In this document: piece by piece, positions 13,623-27,122 of the stretch
Numbering within the stretch: position 1 is the first letter of the stretch
Layout: every line of letters begins with the position of its first letter
Assembly: GCA_973895155.1 (NCBI GenBank)
Contig: OZ316896.1
Coordinates: forward strand, 7,831,439-7,895,438
Direction: 5' to 3'
Source: Marsupella aquatica
Taxonomy: Eukaryota > Plantae > Marchantiophyta
DNA: 64,000 bases
Translations under genes and position numbers: made by a program
Notes under the pieces: model-generated
The model's input: only the letters and a program-made list of their open reading frames with translations
What the model was told of the DNA's origin: nothing
The model's database searches: none

Positions 13623-14006
13623 CATCAACAAACATGAGGGTTGGGTCGCTCCTGGAGCGACCCTAGGAAAACTTAAATCAAGGTCCAACCAACAACAAAT
13701 TTGGGTCGCTCCTGGAGCGACCCTAGGAAAACTTAAATCAAGGTCCAACCAACAACAAATTTGGGTCGCTCCTGGAGCAACCCTAGGAAAACTTAAATCA
13801 AAGTCCAACCAACAACAAAGTTGGGTCGCTCCTAGAGCGACCCTAGGAAAACTTAAATCAAGGTCCAACCAACAACAAAGTTGGGTCGCTCCTGGAGCGA
13901 CCCTAGGAAAACTTAAATCAAGGTCCAACCAACAACAAAGTTGGGTCGCTCTTGGAGCGACCCATGACAAATCTTAGGCAAGATAGGGTTGCTCTAAGAG
14001 CGACCC
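13623..14006. repeat. 60-bp tandem array (about 6 units), each with a GGGTCGCTCC-T-GGAGCGACCC palindrome
   Basis: Palindromes start at 13643, 13703, 13763, 13823, 13883 and 13943, with a variant near 13986. Confidence 0.95.
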
Positions 14007-15209
14007 TTCAAAGACTAACTTGCATCAATTGTTGAATCATACTTACGTGGAACTGTGATATGAAATCCCTTTGAGGCGGCCAAAGCAGATTCCACCGACA
14101 TGTTTAGTAAAGTGTCTTGAGAATCATACTCAAAGATTTTACTAGAATCAAAGTTCAGGGACTGCCCAGAACTAGAAGTGCTAGTAGAATCATCAGAACT
14201 AGAGGAAGTGGCCATTGAAAAATGCCTCACAAACGTTTAGATGACACGTGGCAGCCTAGGATACGAGAACGCCTATAGCTAGACCACACCACGGAGCGAG
14301 GCTATAGAGAGAGGAAAAAAATCTACTATGAGCAAGGCAAAATCAACAGAGCGAGGCAAGAAGGAGGAGGGAAACCAGGGCAGCCGGGCAAGAAGACAAT
14401 GAAGGAGGAGATGGATGCAAGAAGACAATGAGGCAAATGAGGTAATGTCTTTGCCTTTTGCCTTCCTATACCCTCACTACCATGGCCGATCCTACCTGCG
14501 ACTCCCAGCCACGGCTGATCGTACCTTCAATGCCCAGCCATGGCCGATCGTACCTTTGCCTTACGCAACCCAGCCACTTGCTCCCTTCCACGTGCCTATG
14601 AACTCGCAACCCTCATAATGACCTAGTTGTACGGGTATCCATAGATTTTGAAAAATGATGCACGGTCGTACGGGTGTCCACAGAATGCCGATCAGAGTAA
14701 TCAGACTTTCAACCGCTCAATGTTGTGAACCCCTGACAAACTTGGCTAAAGCCTGCTCACAAATGGTATAAAGCTCTACAGTTCCAATCATTTCTCTCTT
14801 TTGTATGGCGCGTGCGTTTCTGGTCATTGCTCACTCTCGGTCTCACCCTTCGGCCCTTGTCTATCTTGCTTCTGTTCGGTGACTGATTCGACTGACTTGG
14901 ACATTTATGGTTACAAGAGTTCGTGCAAGGAAAGTCCTGTTTCAAGTACATTGCATTAGTTTTGGTGTCCTTGGTTGGCGACATGTCTTCTAGAGTCCTT
15001 AAGAGAGGTATTACTTCATCTACCGTTCTCTTAATTTCTTCTCTATGATATCCACCAAATATTTGGCCCTAGCTTTATCTTAATATATGGACCAAACTAA
15101 GCCCTAGATAATGTAGGGTTCCTAACGACACACTCGTCTACCCACACGTCTACACACTTCAATGGTCTAATTCAGCTTAATCATTCCCATGATTTATTCC
15201 TTGAAATGA

Positions 15210-17512
15210 TTTTTTAATAAAGATAATGGCGGCCGCGAAAAGCCCCACGGCCAGGGCAAGCAAACAGCCAAACAGGCCACAAACCAGGACCCCAATCAAC
15301 AAGGGGACCAAAGCAACAATGTGAAAACACGCACATGGGGGCCAAAGCAACGGTGTGAAAAGGCCCAATACAATAAGAGAAGCACTGAATGCAGCCCCCG
15401 CAGCAAGCAGCTCATAAGCCAGATGTGATACGGCCGCAGCCGTGTCGTATCCAGTGCCTACGAAGGGTATCAATCCATGTTTTGGCTCTAAGGATTCAGG
15501 TACCTTTCCGGCCCGGAGGAAGCCCCCGGCTAGCCGCATAAAGGTTATCAGCCATCTCCGAGAGAACCAGGCCCAAGTCAAAGACTCTACTGCCACCAGC
15601 CTGGAACATGTGTGTGTTCCGGCCCAGCCAGATAGACCACAAGATCTGATACAGGATAAAAAGCTTTGCAACATGGGCAGGGTCTTTCCCGAAAGCAGCA
15701 TCTAGCAAAGGCAGCAGACCCTGCCCAAACGGCAAACAGAGAACACACAGGAATGATTGGCATAACCGCCAACAGCAATCAGCATGGACGCAGAAGACGA
15801 AGAGGTGAGGGATGGTCTCCACCGTGCCGCTGTAGAGCTTGCAGTCCCCGTTGCTCATCTCCAAATGCAGTGCCCGCGCACCAGTAAAAAGGCCACCTGC
15901 AATAATGCGCCAGATAAACGTCTTGCCTCTTGCCGGCAAGTCCAAGCTCCAAAGTTGAGACCAGACAGTGCCACCGACCAAATGTGGTTCCACCGAGAGA
16001 AAACAGAGATTTGTGGCCTCAAAATTGGTAGACGCGGCAATTAGCAATCTTGAAGTCCTTCAAATTCTCCGGCTTGTCTACCCACCGCCACTGTTTGGCA
16101 TAGAGGAAGCAGTCAAACCTGCAAGCACTTGAGCTCCAAAGGAGCTCTAAGAATTCAAGAGCCAGTCTCCTGTGCTCAAATGTGAACCCTCTCATTGTCT
16201 GCCATCTTAGTGGCAGGTCTCTCCAACCATCGTCCTCTCTAGACCAGCCATCCCCAATTGATCTCAATCCAAGTCGCCCACAAAGAGCAGTAATCCCAAC
16301 CAAGTCATCATTCGGGAGAGAATTAAACCCTTGCAGGCAACAAAGAGTGTCATGAATACTCCAACGTGCCGGAGTCCCCAACCTCCCAGGGACAAAGGAG
16401 AGGTGGGCCCGCACCAGCTCCCAGCACCTCCAAAGCCCCCCAGTGTATGGCAACCCGCAAAAGGAGCGTGGAGAACACAGGAGCAACATGTCCTGGAAAG
16501 AATATTGGTTCCTACGGATCACTTTATAGTTCTGCCAGCCCATCAAAGCCAAATTGGCCTCCAGCATTCTTGCCCATTCCAGGTCAGGAGAGTTCAGAGC
16601 CTTAGTGAACCATTGTGATAGTAAAGCATCAGAGTGACTGCGAAAATCTTTAAAGCCAAGTCCCCCTTCAGTTCTTGGGAGAGACATCTTGGCCCATGCC
16701 ACCAGCGGTACCTTTCGACCCCCAGCAGGGTTGTATCCCCAAAGGAAGTCCCGACACAGTGCAGTCAGCTTCTTGGCCAGCCCTGCAGAGGACTTAAGAT
16801 ACATTACATGATAAATGGGAATTGCTTGCAAGACATGCTTAACTAGTAGTGATCGACCAGTGAATGATAGCAGCTTGTTAGTCCAAGCCGACAACCGCAG
16901 ACTAATCCTGTCCAGGCAAAATTGGTGGAGTTGTTCCGTAAGCAAGCCCACCCCCAAAGGAGCTCCTAAATATTTTTGAACCTCACCGCGCCCGCTGATA
17001 TGGCAACCGGTGTTCCTGAGCCACTCTGGCACCAACTCCATAGCCAACGGTATCACCACAGACTTCTCCAAGTTCAGCTTCGCCCCCGAGGCCATCTCAT
17101 AGCAACCTAATGCCTGTGTTGTATTGTCAAAATCCTCCTCAATAGCCGGAATGAACATACCCACGTCATCCGCAAAAAGTCGGTAGCATATGGTGAGCTC
17201 GTCTGAGATCTGCAGTCCACTGAGTCTGCCCTCCTCTATCTCAGCGGCCAATAAGTCCATCAACGGTTGAGTGGAGATCACAAAAAGTAACGGTGAGAGT
17301 GAGCACCCTTGCCTGACCCCCCATTTGAGAGTAATAGGGCCCGAGAGAAGTCCATTCACAAGAATTTTAGAGGAAGGTAGCGTCAACAAGGCTTTCACCA
17401 GTAGAATAAAACGGCCGCTGATTCCTAGCAAGTGCATACATTCCCAAATGTAATCATGGCAGACCCTGTCAAAGGCTTTTTCGAAATCCACCTTCAAAAA
17501 AAGAGCTTCCTA
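15210..17512 (-). mobile_element. 5'-truncated L1-type LINE (RT plus zf-RVT)
   Basis: KVDFEKAFDRV, GVRQGCSLSPLLF, LFADD, KYLGAPL and ETIPHLFVFC. A-rich tail near 15210, frameshift near 16030. Confidence 0.9.
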
Positions 17513-18230
17513 GTCATGAGGCCGGTTCGGCCCTCCTCTTATCCGGTCCTCCTAGGCAGGCCGTGGCTGTACGGTGGCCGTGTAGTCACGGATTGGGGAA
17601 AGAAGGAGCTACGATTCGGGACACCCACAGTACGGGTATGATAGGCAATGGACGATTACCAGGGCGAAACTCCACAGGGACCCGAGGAATATGATTCGGA
17701 GACCTTGGAGGAAGAGGAACTCAATATGATTGAACTCATCTCGTCCCTGTCCGAGGAAGATGTCTTCGGAGTTGAGGCAACCCGGGAAACACATCTCCTG
17801 AATTACCCGAAGGCTGCTATTGAGTCCACCCTGAGCACCTCCACCGCCCGGGATGAGGAAACTCAAAAACAACTGATCAATACAGAGGATACGGCTCCAG
17901 CTAAGCAGGGCGCCGATGCTGCTTCTACCAGTGCAGAGCCTCGTGACCACGAACCGGCCAAACAACCGCCCGATGCCAAAAACCTGAGACCAAGACATAA
18001 GAAACGAGTTTCCTGGGATCCGTCCATCCCACAATTGGAGGAAGTGACTCCAATCCCCAAACCAATCCTGGTTCCACCCATGTACAGAGGAGTTCGGTTA
18101 GCTGAACTCGATGCGAGCCTGGACCCAAGCTTGCGGAACCAGGTTGAAGTCATCAGGAAGGAACACTACCGGAAGTACACCATTGGGATGGATAAGTCGT
18201 TTAACCTGGGCCACGCTCTGACTGGGGAGG
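17505..18230 (+). pseudogene. Ty3/gypsy polyprotein fragment (aspartic protease C-terminus plus linker)
   Basis: SYPVLLGRPWL...VVTDWGKKELRFG is typical of a gypsy protease C-terminus. Confidence 0.7.
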
Positions 18231-20126
18231 CTAGCAGATCCCCTTCAAGCTTAGACCAAGATTACATCCTAGCATGGACTCTTCTCTTGCTCTCCTATAC
18301 TTCAAATGCACTCACACTTAATGGTCACAATGAAGATTGGCAAGTCTCCTTTTATTGCATCATCTTTACAACAAAAGTTTACTACACATTCTCCACACTA
18401 AGCATGGACCACCTCTCCCTTCTCAAGCTTAGACCTACCTTGGCAAGGTAGAAATTCCACTTAAGAGATGAGACTTCCGGTCCCTAACAAAGGCCCGTCT
18501 ACAACAGGAGAAAGAATACAAGAAAATTAAGTAGGTTAGGATCTTATTAGATGGGATGCAAACTGATCAACATTTGGGTACGTAATCACTTCCAAAGCGC
18601 CTTACCCTAAATATTGTAGCAATCTTCTTCTGCATATCAAAATAGGCGTCACGTTCTGCTTCAGTCCTCCATTCCACTGTTACCACGGTCATAGAGTGCT
18701 TTACCAACAACTGAAGAATGCCTGCACATGAACACAATTATGAGACCATCAATGCATCATTTGCTAACAAAGTCAACCTAACGGACAAATGATATCAACA
18801 ACTGCAACATACTTACTTTTGGTTTTTTTTAGTGTAATTGCCACCAAGTGTAGAGATAGGAATTGATATGCTTTACTCGTGCTACCATTCATCATCTTCA
18901 ACATTTTGTTGAAATCCCCCCACTCGCATAGAGGACAGTATTTCCTGAAATAAGGAAAGAGATCCTTAGGTTCATTCATGTCAATTAGTACACATTTGTG
19001 AACATTCTTTGTTGCTCATGAACATTGTAACTCACATAACACAACATGCTGCTAAGACTGTAAACATGCTTTTAACACCAATTTTGGCAATATCAGTATG
19101 TTTGTTAAATTCCAGATAATTATTGCTAATATAATCTAGTTTAATTTTTTAATGAAGATAATTAAATTAAATTATAATTAATTAATCCATGGACCCCATG
19201 TTCGTCCAAGGAATGTGTGTGATGAAGTTGAATCAATTTTTAGCAAGGCGATAATCGATGGGTTTGAGTCTCCTGATGGTCTAGGTGTGTGCTCGTACAA
19301 AAGAGAACGCTCAAAGATAGAGGAGATTTATCAAACAAAAGGTTGAACACTAGTACATTTTTGGCCCTTTTTCTGATCCTAACAACATCGGACCCCTTCA
19401 GAAATTTTGACGCGGAAAAATGAGGCGTCCGATGTGATTTACTTCACAATTTCCCATACTTCACTCATCGGATATCGACAATCGGACATCCATCGGACTT
19501 TCCGTTGCTGAAACAATCGGTACATCCGTTACTGGATGTTTCGGATAATTTGTGTCCGATTCTAATTTCATCGGATACTAAGATGCTACAGCAAGGTAAT
19601 ATCAAGGGTCCAATGTATTTTATATGGGATAGTCCGATGTAAAACATATCGGAGTTTGCGTAGCAATACGTATCGGGACATCCGTAGTGGTTTGTAACGC
19701 AAATTGCGATGCTAAAAATATCAGACATTTGGGAGGAAGGGTCCAAAATATTTTACTTCGGAAGTTCCGTAGCTTATGGTATCGGATATGAGCTGGGTCA
19801 CTGGCTTGACTAATAATGGATATTTAGGGTTTGTGGGGGTTTAATACTGGATTCATGGGAATCATTTGGGGGTTTAGGTTTAGGGTTCAGGCTGAGATTG
19901 ACAAAATAGGGTCCAAAGAGCATGCTCAAAGCAAGGTAGTGGTTGAATTAAATATCAGGTTTTCACAATGGGGAACACCCCAATATGTACAAAATGAAAT
20001 GGGCAGATAGGCAGTAGAGCCATATGGCCGGCGACGGCTACATGAAACACCAAAATGAGGCTCTAACTGGCCTACACTATCTGGTACCTCTAATCAAAGC
20101 TATCAAACACTATGTACCACAAACCT

Positions 20127-23100
20127 CTAAAAAGGTGTGTTGCGTCCCTTCTTCTTCTTCGGGCGAGAGCGTGGGCGGGGTACAGGTTCGGGAGCGCGAG
20201 ACCCCTCATGTTGGTGGCTGCCCACAACCGTGGCAGCCACCTGCTCAGCGGATGGCGTGGGTTGGCCTGATGCCGGTCTAGACCCTAAACCACTAGATGC
20301 ACCACTACGGTGCTCAGGCAAGACAGATGTCCCACCACCCCCCGACACAGCAAAGTGGAAGGAGCCCTCTCCGATAGACCTACGCGAGTGATGGGATGCT
20401 CCACCTGCATGTGCTATCTCTGGCCCGTGCCGTGCTGTACTCCCACCAGACTCACGAGATGGCGCTCGACCCCTAGAACCACCATCCTGTATGTCACTAG
20501 TCCCTCGTCGTGGAGGGCCAGCTGGTGCACTATGTACCCCTGACTGATGGCCTGGTCCCACACGACCTCTACTACCCCCTGACGGCCCGGGCCTACCACC
20601 CCGTGATGCTGTTGAATGATGGGAGCCCACACCATCAGCATCATGTGAACCAACACCCTCTGCTGATGTGGGGGCAACATGAGGGATAGGGGTAACCGTG
20701 GCCACTCTTGCCGACCCTGCCGCATCCTCTGCATCCTCATTACCTGCATTCTCATCACCAGCATCCTCATCACCAACATCCTCATCACCTGCCCCACCTG
20801 ACTCCTCATCCGATCCTGACTCCTCCTCCTATGCAAGACATAGCTAGGATTAAATTGTTGTTAAATTAGTTTATATAGGGCCTCCAAAACTCTAACAAAT
20901 TCACCATAACCAAAAACATTTTCATAACCTAGGGGGAACACAAACCTCTCCCAACTCATCCTCAAGGTGGCGCTTAAGAGCGCGGGGTCCATTCCTCTTT
21001 GCCAAATCCCTCTCGGATGGCCCAATAGGTCTACCCCACTCCCTTTCCTGGCAGTTCACAGTCCCAAACAAAATATCCCATTAGCATGAAACCAAGCAAT
21101 CTTGGACCCCATAATGCACACCCTACATACCCCTCATTAAAATTGTTATCATAGTAAACCCTAATTTAAAATAGGACCCCGGCCACATATCCATACATAT
21201 CCTATACCCTATATATAAACCCCTAATCAAACTAGTTCTCAAATTTAACCCTAATTTAAAAAACTCCACAAAGTGCTACTTGTAAGTAGTGGTAATTCCA
21301 AAAGCATGAAGAAACTGAAAATTTTTAAATTTTTTACGGTGTTTAGACTGCAATTATTGCTAACTGTAACTGAAACAGCATTCAAAGTTACTAAGTTTCT
21401 AAGTTACGAGTAAACTCAGTTTACGAGTTTACTAGTTCACTGCTTTACGAGTTATGCCTTAAGAGTTGGCGACCCTGTGATCGTGATATCTTACGGCTAG
21501 TTCAACGGGACTCCACAACGGATGAAGAGCTCACCTTGAAAGGGAAGGAATGCAAGACATAGGCGCTCATTACTGACTTCTCTCCCATCTTACCTCTCAA
21601 ACTCTGGCCAACTTCAACCGGTATTTCAGAGATGTCAAATGGAGACTTCGACCTTTCTATTCCAGGATGATGAATAGTGATGAGTTCCCGTATCATTATC
21701 CCCAAGTGTATGCTGCTACCTGTAACAACTATGATGTGATCGGGATGTACAGAGAAGCTCTTTGTATAGATTCATGTTAAGTGATGAAGAGAATGCCTTT
21801 GATGTATCCTGAGAGACAACTGAGGTGCCTACCTTACTCCAAAGGATCCCCACGCCAAGCTGAGCTGATAGAGGTTACCCAGAATCAAACTGTTACTCTT
21901 GTGGAGTTACTAGAACCAGAGGACATTCGACAGCAAGCTTGAAGAAGTCTTTAAGTGTTTTTAGTTAGTTTTTAGAGTAGTGCATCTTATCTTATTTTTA
22001 GAAATGTGTTCTAAAGCTTTGGAAGCTGTCATACTTCTTTAGTGTATAGTCTGTACCTAGGAAAACCTCCTGGCAAAACCTCAGAGTTTTCTGACTTATA
22101 GTTAGGAAGTTAAAAATAGTTGAATTCATCAAGTCTTTACTTTACCGCGATTACGAGTTACGAGTCAATGACTTTACGAGTTTACATCTTTACGACTTTA
22201 CGTTTTTATGAGTTTACTAGTTTAAGAGTTACTAGTTTACGATTACGAGTTTAATAGTTTAATAGTTTACGAGTTTACGAGTTTACTAGTTTACGAGTTC
22301 AGACTTAGTCATTTTTCCGACTTTTCACTCACAGTTTTGTAGTTTTAACTTTTTGAGGAGTATGAAGAGGCATGTCTCTTCGACCCTGTGACCTCTCACT
22401 CGGTAGATTTTTACTATAAGATAGCTCTACCACTAGTGTAGATTATGGTAAAGTATAGCAATTTTTGCCTTTCCTTGGTGTTCTGCCAGTTGATCATGAA
22501 TGTTAAGAGTTCAAGATCAAGCTTGACACCAGGAGAAGACTTTCCTCCTTCTTGTGGTTTAATCCTTTGAATAAATCATGGGAAGTAAAATTCCAATTGT
22601 GTAAATCTTATGAGATATGATGACAGATTCCTCTTTGGTGACTCATTACAATCTCCTGAGTTCTTGAAGTTAACTCACTGAGTTTAAGTCTTATTTGAAA
22701 TTGATGGATTTTCTTTCGTGTTGCTTAGTACCATCTAAATGTTGAAGTAGCTACCTTTTAGATTTTATCTGAGTACCACTTAGAAAGAAAGGATAAGACA
22801 TGTTGACGGCATTTTAAAAGGTACTCTAGTAAGCAGTTTAGATCTGAAAAGCAATATGGATTTGAATCCTTAAGTCTTTTCATTTTGACTTATGTTTAAG
22901 GAGTAACCTTGGAAAATTCCAGACTCCCTTAGCATACTTTGAGATATTTTTCCTTGCGTTTTGTTAATTATTTCCTTTTCATTAATTTATGTTTACATGA
23001 TGCTGAGTTATCATTGAAAACTACTCACCGCTGTGGAGCGATCTTCAAAATACCTTAGTAAAGTAATCAATCCTGATTACTATGTGTTAAAGAGAGTCCT

Positions 23101-24682
23101 GAAACTCTCATTTGTGTTTTTATGTATCAAATCAACCCCATCTTGTTCTTTACGGGAACGAATACCGAGTTTGAAGACCTTTAAGTGTGTTTTTGGTTCT
23201 TCATAGCAAACTACACTACTCAATCATGAAACCCCTAAACCTAATACCCGAGTTAAACTATTGCTATAAGCCCCCTAAAAATGCCACAAAACCTGATAAT
23301 TAAGCTTTCCACGAGGGGTCCGATTCTCCATCCGATTGTCTTAGCATCGAAACTGCCTCGGAACGTTAGTGGCAAAAAATGAATAACAAGAGGTCCAATG
23401 CCGGGTCCGATGCAGAAAGAATTGGACACCTATTGGAAAGCACAGGGCCGAGAGCAAATTACACCATTGGGCCGCACAGGGTTTAAAGCATTTGGAGGCA
23501 AAAAATGGTCACTCTTCGCAACAGAAGGTCAGGTGGTCGGGGGGAGGAGCTAGGGAGGAGGGAGAGGGGTCTTACAAATTCGGCCTTCAGTCGATTAGAG
23601 CCGCCTTGCCCCATCCGGCGAGTGACCACAGGTCGACCTTGCACTTGTTGCAAAGCTGCTATGATGTCCTTTGGTGACTTGGGGAGTCTTACCTCTTGTG
23701 CATGCCACTGTCGTAGCATCTGTTGGAGGGGGAGGATGTCAATTTCCTCTCCAGCTTTCCTCTTCTCCTCTGCCAGGCTGATTTTGAGATTGTAGTGACG
23801 TTTTTGCAGCCAGGCTTGGACTGCTAGTTCCTCCTCAAGCCAAGCTGCCCACTCATATGAGGAAAGCGCATCTGGACAGCCCTGCTCCCTGACCACCTTT
23901 GCATCGATTGGCATCTCAGCAAGGTAGTTCCTGAATTTCTCTCTTTGATGGTTTCGCATGTCTGAGAGTGAGGCGGATATCCTCTTGTTCAAGAACCTAT
24001 CATCAATATGTGCCCCATTCTTGAATCGTTCTTTCACTTGCTCTCAAATTCTGGATTTCTCTTCCTCCTTCTTCTTGCCCCAGTAATCTAATGGCCCCAA
24101 ATTGGCCCGCACCACTTGTTTGAATTGGCTGCGAAAGAGATTGTAGCCCCTGGGTAATGGAGAGCCACCTGAGTTTAGGGGTAGCTCAGGCCTCAAAGCT
24201 CTCTCTGCTTCCTTTCGCTTGAGCTCCTCTACTCGCCCCTTCTCAGCTTCCCTAGCCTCCCTCCAAAGATTCTTCTCTCGTTTTTGAGGAGAGAGAGACT
24301 CCTCTGCATCTGCCCTGCTTCTCTTTGCCTCCTTCTTCTTCTTCTTTGCAGCTGCAATGGCTGCTACAGCAGCTTTCTCAGCCTCAATCTTTGAGGCATC
24401 AAACAAGGTCTACAAAAGCGGGACTACTCTAGCTGCATCCTCCACACTCAACCTGACCCTAGCAACAAAAATCTCCTTCATCACCTCATCATATGCCCGA
24501 GAAGGTCCAGCCCCATCCCCACCACCAGATTCGCCTCCCACCATCTCCCCTCCTCCTTTGAGCTCCCCTCCCAGCCTCTGCAATAGCCTAAGTGTCAAGT
24601 GCGAAGCTTGTCCCAACTCGCGGGTCTTCGCACCAGCGTTGGGACTTCTTTTTTGAAATCTGGCCTGTTGCGTCCGATGCAA
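20127..24682 (-). pseudogene. multi-exon second ORF of the CACTA element (TnpA/Ptta-like)
   Basis: Collinear ORFs 24410-24682, 24044-24406, 23483-24037 and 20127-20836. RMGQGG resembles a Ptta-type motif. Transcribed divergently from the transposase. Confidence 0.5.
21281..23215. mobile_element. solo LTR (1.9 kb)
   Basis: TGTA...TACA termini, TSD CTACT on both sides, internal GAGTTTAC-type short repeats. Confidence 0.88.
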
Positions 24683-25712
24683 ATTGCTTCGGACTTTCTT
24701 AAGCCAAGAACATCGGTATTGGTATCGGACCTTCCGATATGTTTGACATCGGACCCCTCGTTGTTAATGGGTTGCCTTTTGTTTGCCAAGGTTTGTCCAT
24801 TTCTTATAGTATCGGACCCCTCGTAGAATTCTTTCGGATGCACCTTTTCTTTCCCAAAGGGGGTGTGATGTGTTTAGTTTGGGTTGAATTGGGTATGGAT
24901 TCTAGAGTTTTGGGGTTTTTTGAATTTGGGTTGGGTATGGTTGTGTTAACATTTTCTTTCCATTTGAATTGACAGGTTTTTTAATGTAGGGTGATACATA
25001 CCTCACTGGGAGGGTGACCGTGATGTGCATGTGACTCTTGTGCATACTAGTTCCTTCTTCACGAATACAATTTTTGGGTTTGTTCTTGATTTTCATTTTT
25101 TGGGGGATAATCTTACTCTGGTTGTGCATACCTAATATGTTAGGCTATAATGATGCAATTCTTATATAGTCTTGCTTGAGACATTGGTTTAGGGATTTTA
25201 TGAGGATAGTGTTGTACATTTTCTTATGATAAAGTGAAGCCATTGTTAGGCTAATGTTTGTGTTTGGATATGATGTGCAGTACCTTGATTTTGGCATGGA
25301 GGGGTAGGTTAATTAGTTTTTTTGAGGGGGGTTGGTAGTCTTTTTTGATAATGCACTATGCATAGCGTGAGACCGCTCGTCCAAGAGGTATGATGTTTCT
25401 TGGCCCATCCATGTATTCTCCTCAAGTTGTAACATAGAGGTTTACTTTGGCAAGTTTGACACATCGTTTGCCGAGGTGTGCATGTCATGCACTTTTTTCA
25501 CTTAGCTCACTATTGAAATGCCCACCTTGCAGAGATTTTGGATATCCCATACTTTGTGTGTCGAGAATATAGCCCAATAGGCACAGCAAAGCGCGGGTAT
25601 CATTGAGGTACGTAGGGCAATGTCTCTCTATGTAAATCTCCTTAATTATGTTTGTATATACATCGACACAAGAAGTTGTTTAATCTAACTTACATGTTGG
25701 ATATGTATGTAG

Positions 25713-25943
25713 ATGTCTGCATCCGATAGTTCCACATCGGATTCAGACTCTAACACGAGCTCGTCCGAGGGGGAGGTTCCTCCACCCCCTCCTCTTGACC
25801 GTCCTCGTGCTCCACTAGGGCCCATACCTTGCTGGTGTGTGAGATGCAAGGGACTTGTGGTTCAACATGCCTGGGAGACTTGTGAGCACATTGAGAACTA
25901 TGGTCGCCATGAGGGTGATATGCCAGGTTATTTGCCTAACCAG
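25713..25943 (+). CDS. CACTA transposase-associated (Cys/His) exon
   Basis: IPCWCVRC...CEHIENYG, followed by a CAG|GTAAAT donor and an acceptor at 26057. Confidence 0.6.
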
Positions 25944-26320
25944 GTAAATAATTATACATACATCCCCCCTTTCATTTCATGAACGGCAATTGGTGAAATA
26001 TTGTATAATTAGCTTGCATTCAAATAACACTACTTAATTTATTGTGTGTTGAAATAGGTGCCTCGTAGACCCCCACCTCCTTTGGTTGATGATGATGTGT
26101 GGCTAGAAGGGTTTCTAGCAAGGGCAAGGGACTTGCTTGCATCCCCCCTTGCCCATCCACCTCTTAGCCCCCTGCTCCTATCCCCATAGTCGAGCATGTA
26201 GAGGGTGAACCGGTCTCTTGACCGGAGGTTGGGTGTACAAGAGTCCTACGTACACGACCACGGTCTCGCAGACGTAGACGGCAATATGAGCCACTGGAAT
26301 AGGTAGACAACAGGGAGGAG

Positions 26321-27001
26321 GTGTTAGGCAGTGCCCGACCATCCAACAACGTAGATTATATTGGAGTTGACGGACGGTTTGGAGCATCTTATCTCACTGG
26401 TAGGGCAGCCAACGTTTTGAAAGACTTTGATCCTAGTCTCTTCAAATTTCCAGACTACATTCCTATTAATGAACCAGTTGAGATATGGGGTCGCTCTTGG
26501 ATAGTGAAAGATTCCTCCATTGGTGCTGATATAGGATATGGTCTATATGCTTTGGAGGACATTATTGTCCCTCCAAAGCCATGGAGACGTGGCTATGATG
26601 GAGAGCACCTTTTTCCTTACATTGGAGCTGTATACAACGCTAAGAGTTGGAACATTTTGTTGCGTCAACACCCAAGTTGGGGGGTGTACGCATTGAGGAT
26701 GGACTCAGACCCAGACAAGGTCTTCACTAGGCCGTGGCATTGTAGGATGATTGATGGTGACCCTGTTTGGAATTGTAATTTAGTAGGGTACATCAATAGT
26801 ACCACGGGTAGAGGTAGAGATTTGGAGGCTAATGTAGAGTGGATCCAGATGTTTGGTCCACCTAGAGCTCCATATTTTGTGAAACATATGGATGATCACA
26901 TCATGACGGTCACTGTTAGGACCATTAGAGCTGGCGAGGAGTTATTGTGTGATTATGAGTGGGATGCACCAAAATTGTCCCTACGTTCCCGTCCAAGATA
27001 G
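26321..27001 (+). CDS. SET-domain protein carried by the CACTA element
   Basis: SET hallmarks GYGLYALEDI, GYINS, ANVEW and TIRAGEELLCDY. Confidence 0.8.
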   Translation: MLGSARPSNNVDYIGVDGRFGASYLTGRAANVLKDFDPSLFKFPDYIPINEPVEIWGRSWIVKDSSIGADIGYGLYALEDIIVPPKPWRRGYDGEHLFPYIGAVYNAKSWNILLRQHPSWGVYALRMDSDPDKVFTRPWHCRMIDGDPVWNCNLVGYINSTTGRGRDLEANVEWIQMFGPPRAPYFVKHMDDHIMTVTVRTIRAGEELLCDYEWDAPKLSLRSRPR

Positions 27002-27122
27002 TTTCTTGGACTTACATATATACATATATATATATTGGATTCTTTTCCATTTTAACATTGGATAATTGGTTGTTCACAATATTGATGTTGATGAGATTGC
27101 ATGCATTGATGTTGTATGATAG

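Noticed and set aside
13623-14006. CRISPR-like array (palindromic repeats with regular spacing) and the 153-aa repeat ORF over it
   Set aside because: The intervening sequences are near-identical rather than unique spacers, there are no cas genes, and the context is eukaryotic. The ORF is a by-product of a 60-bp repeat.
14721-15130. Possible small solo LTR (TGTTGT...ACGACA)
   Set aside because: The flanks give no clean 5-bp TSD.
18560-19340. Possible exon fragments of an unknown gene around the CACTA target site
   Set aside because: Short, stop-ridden frames with no recognisable motif.
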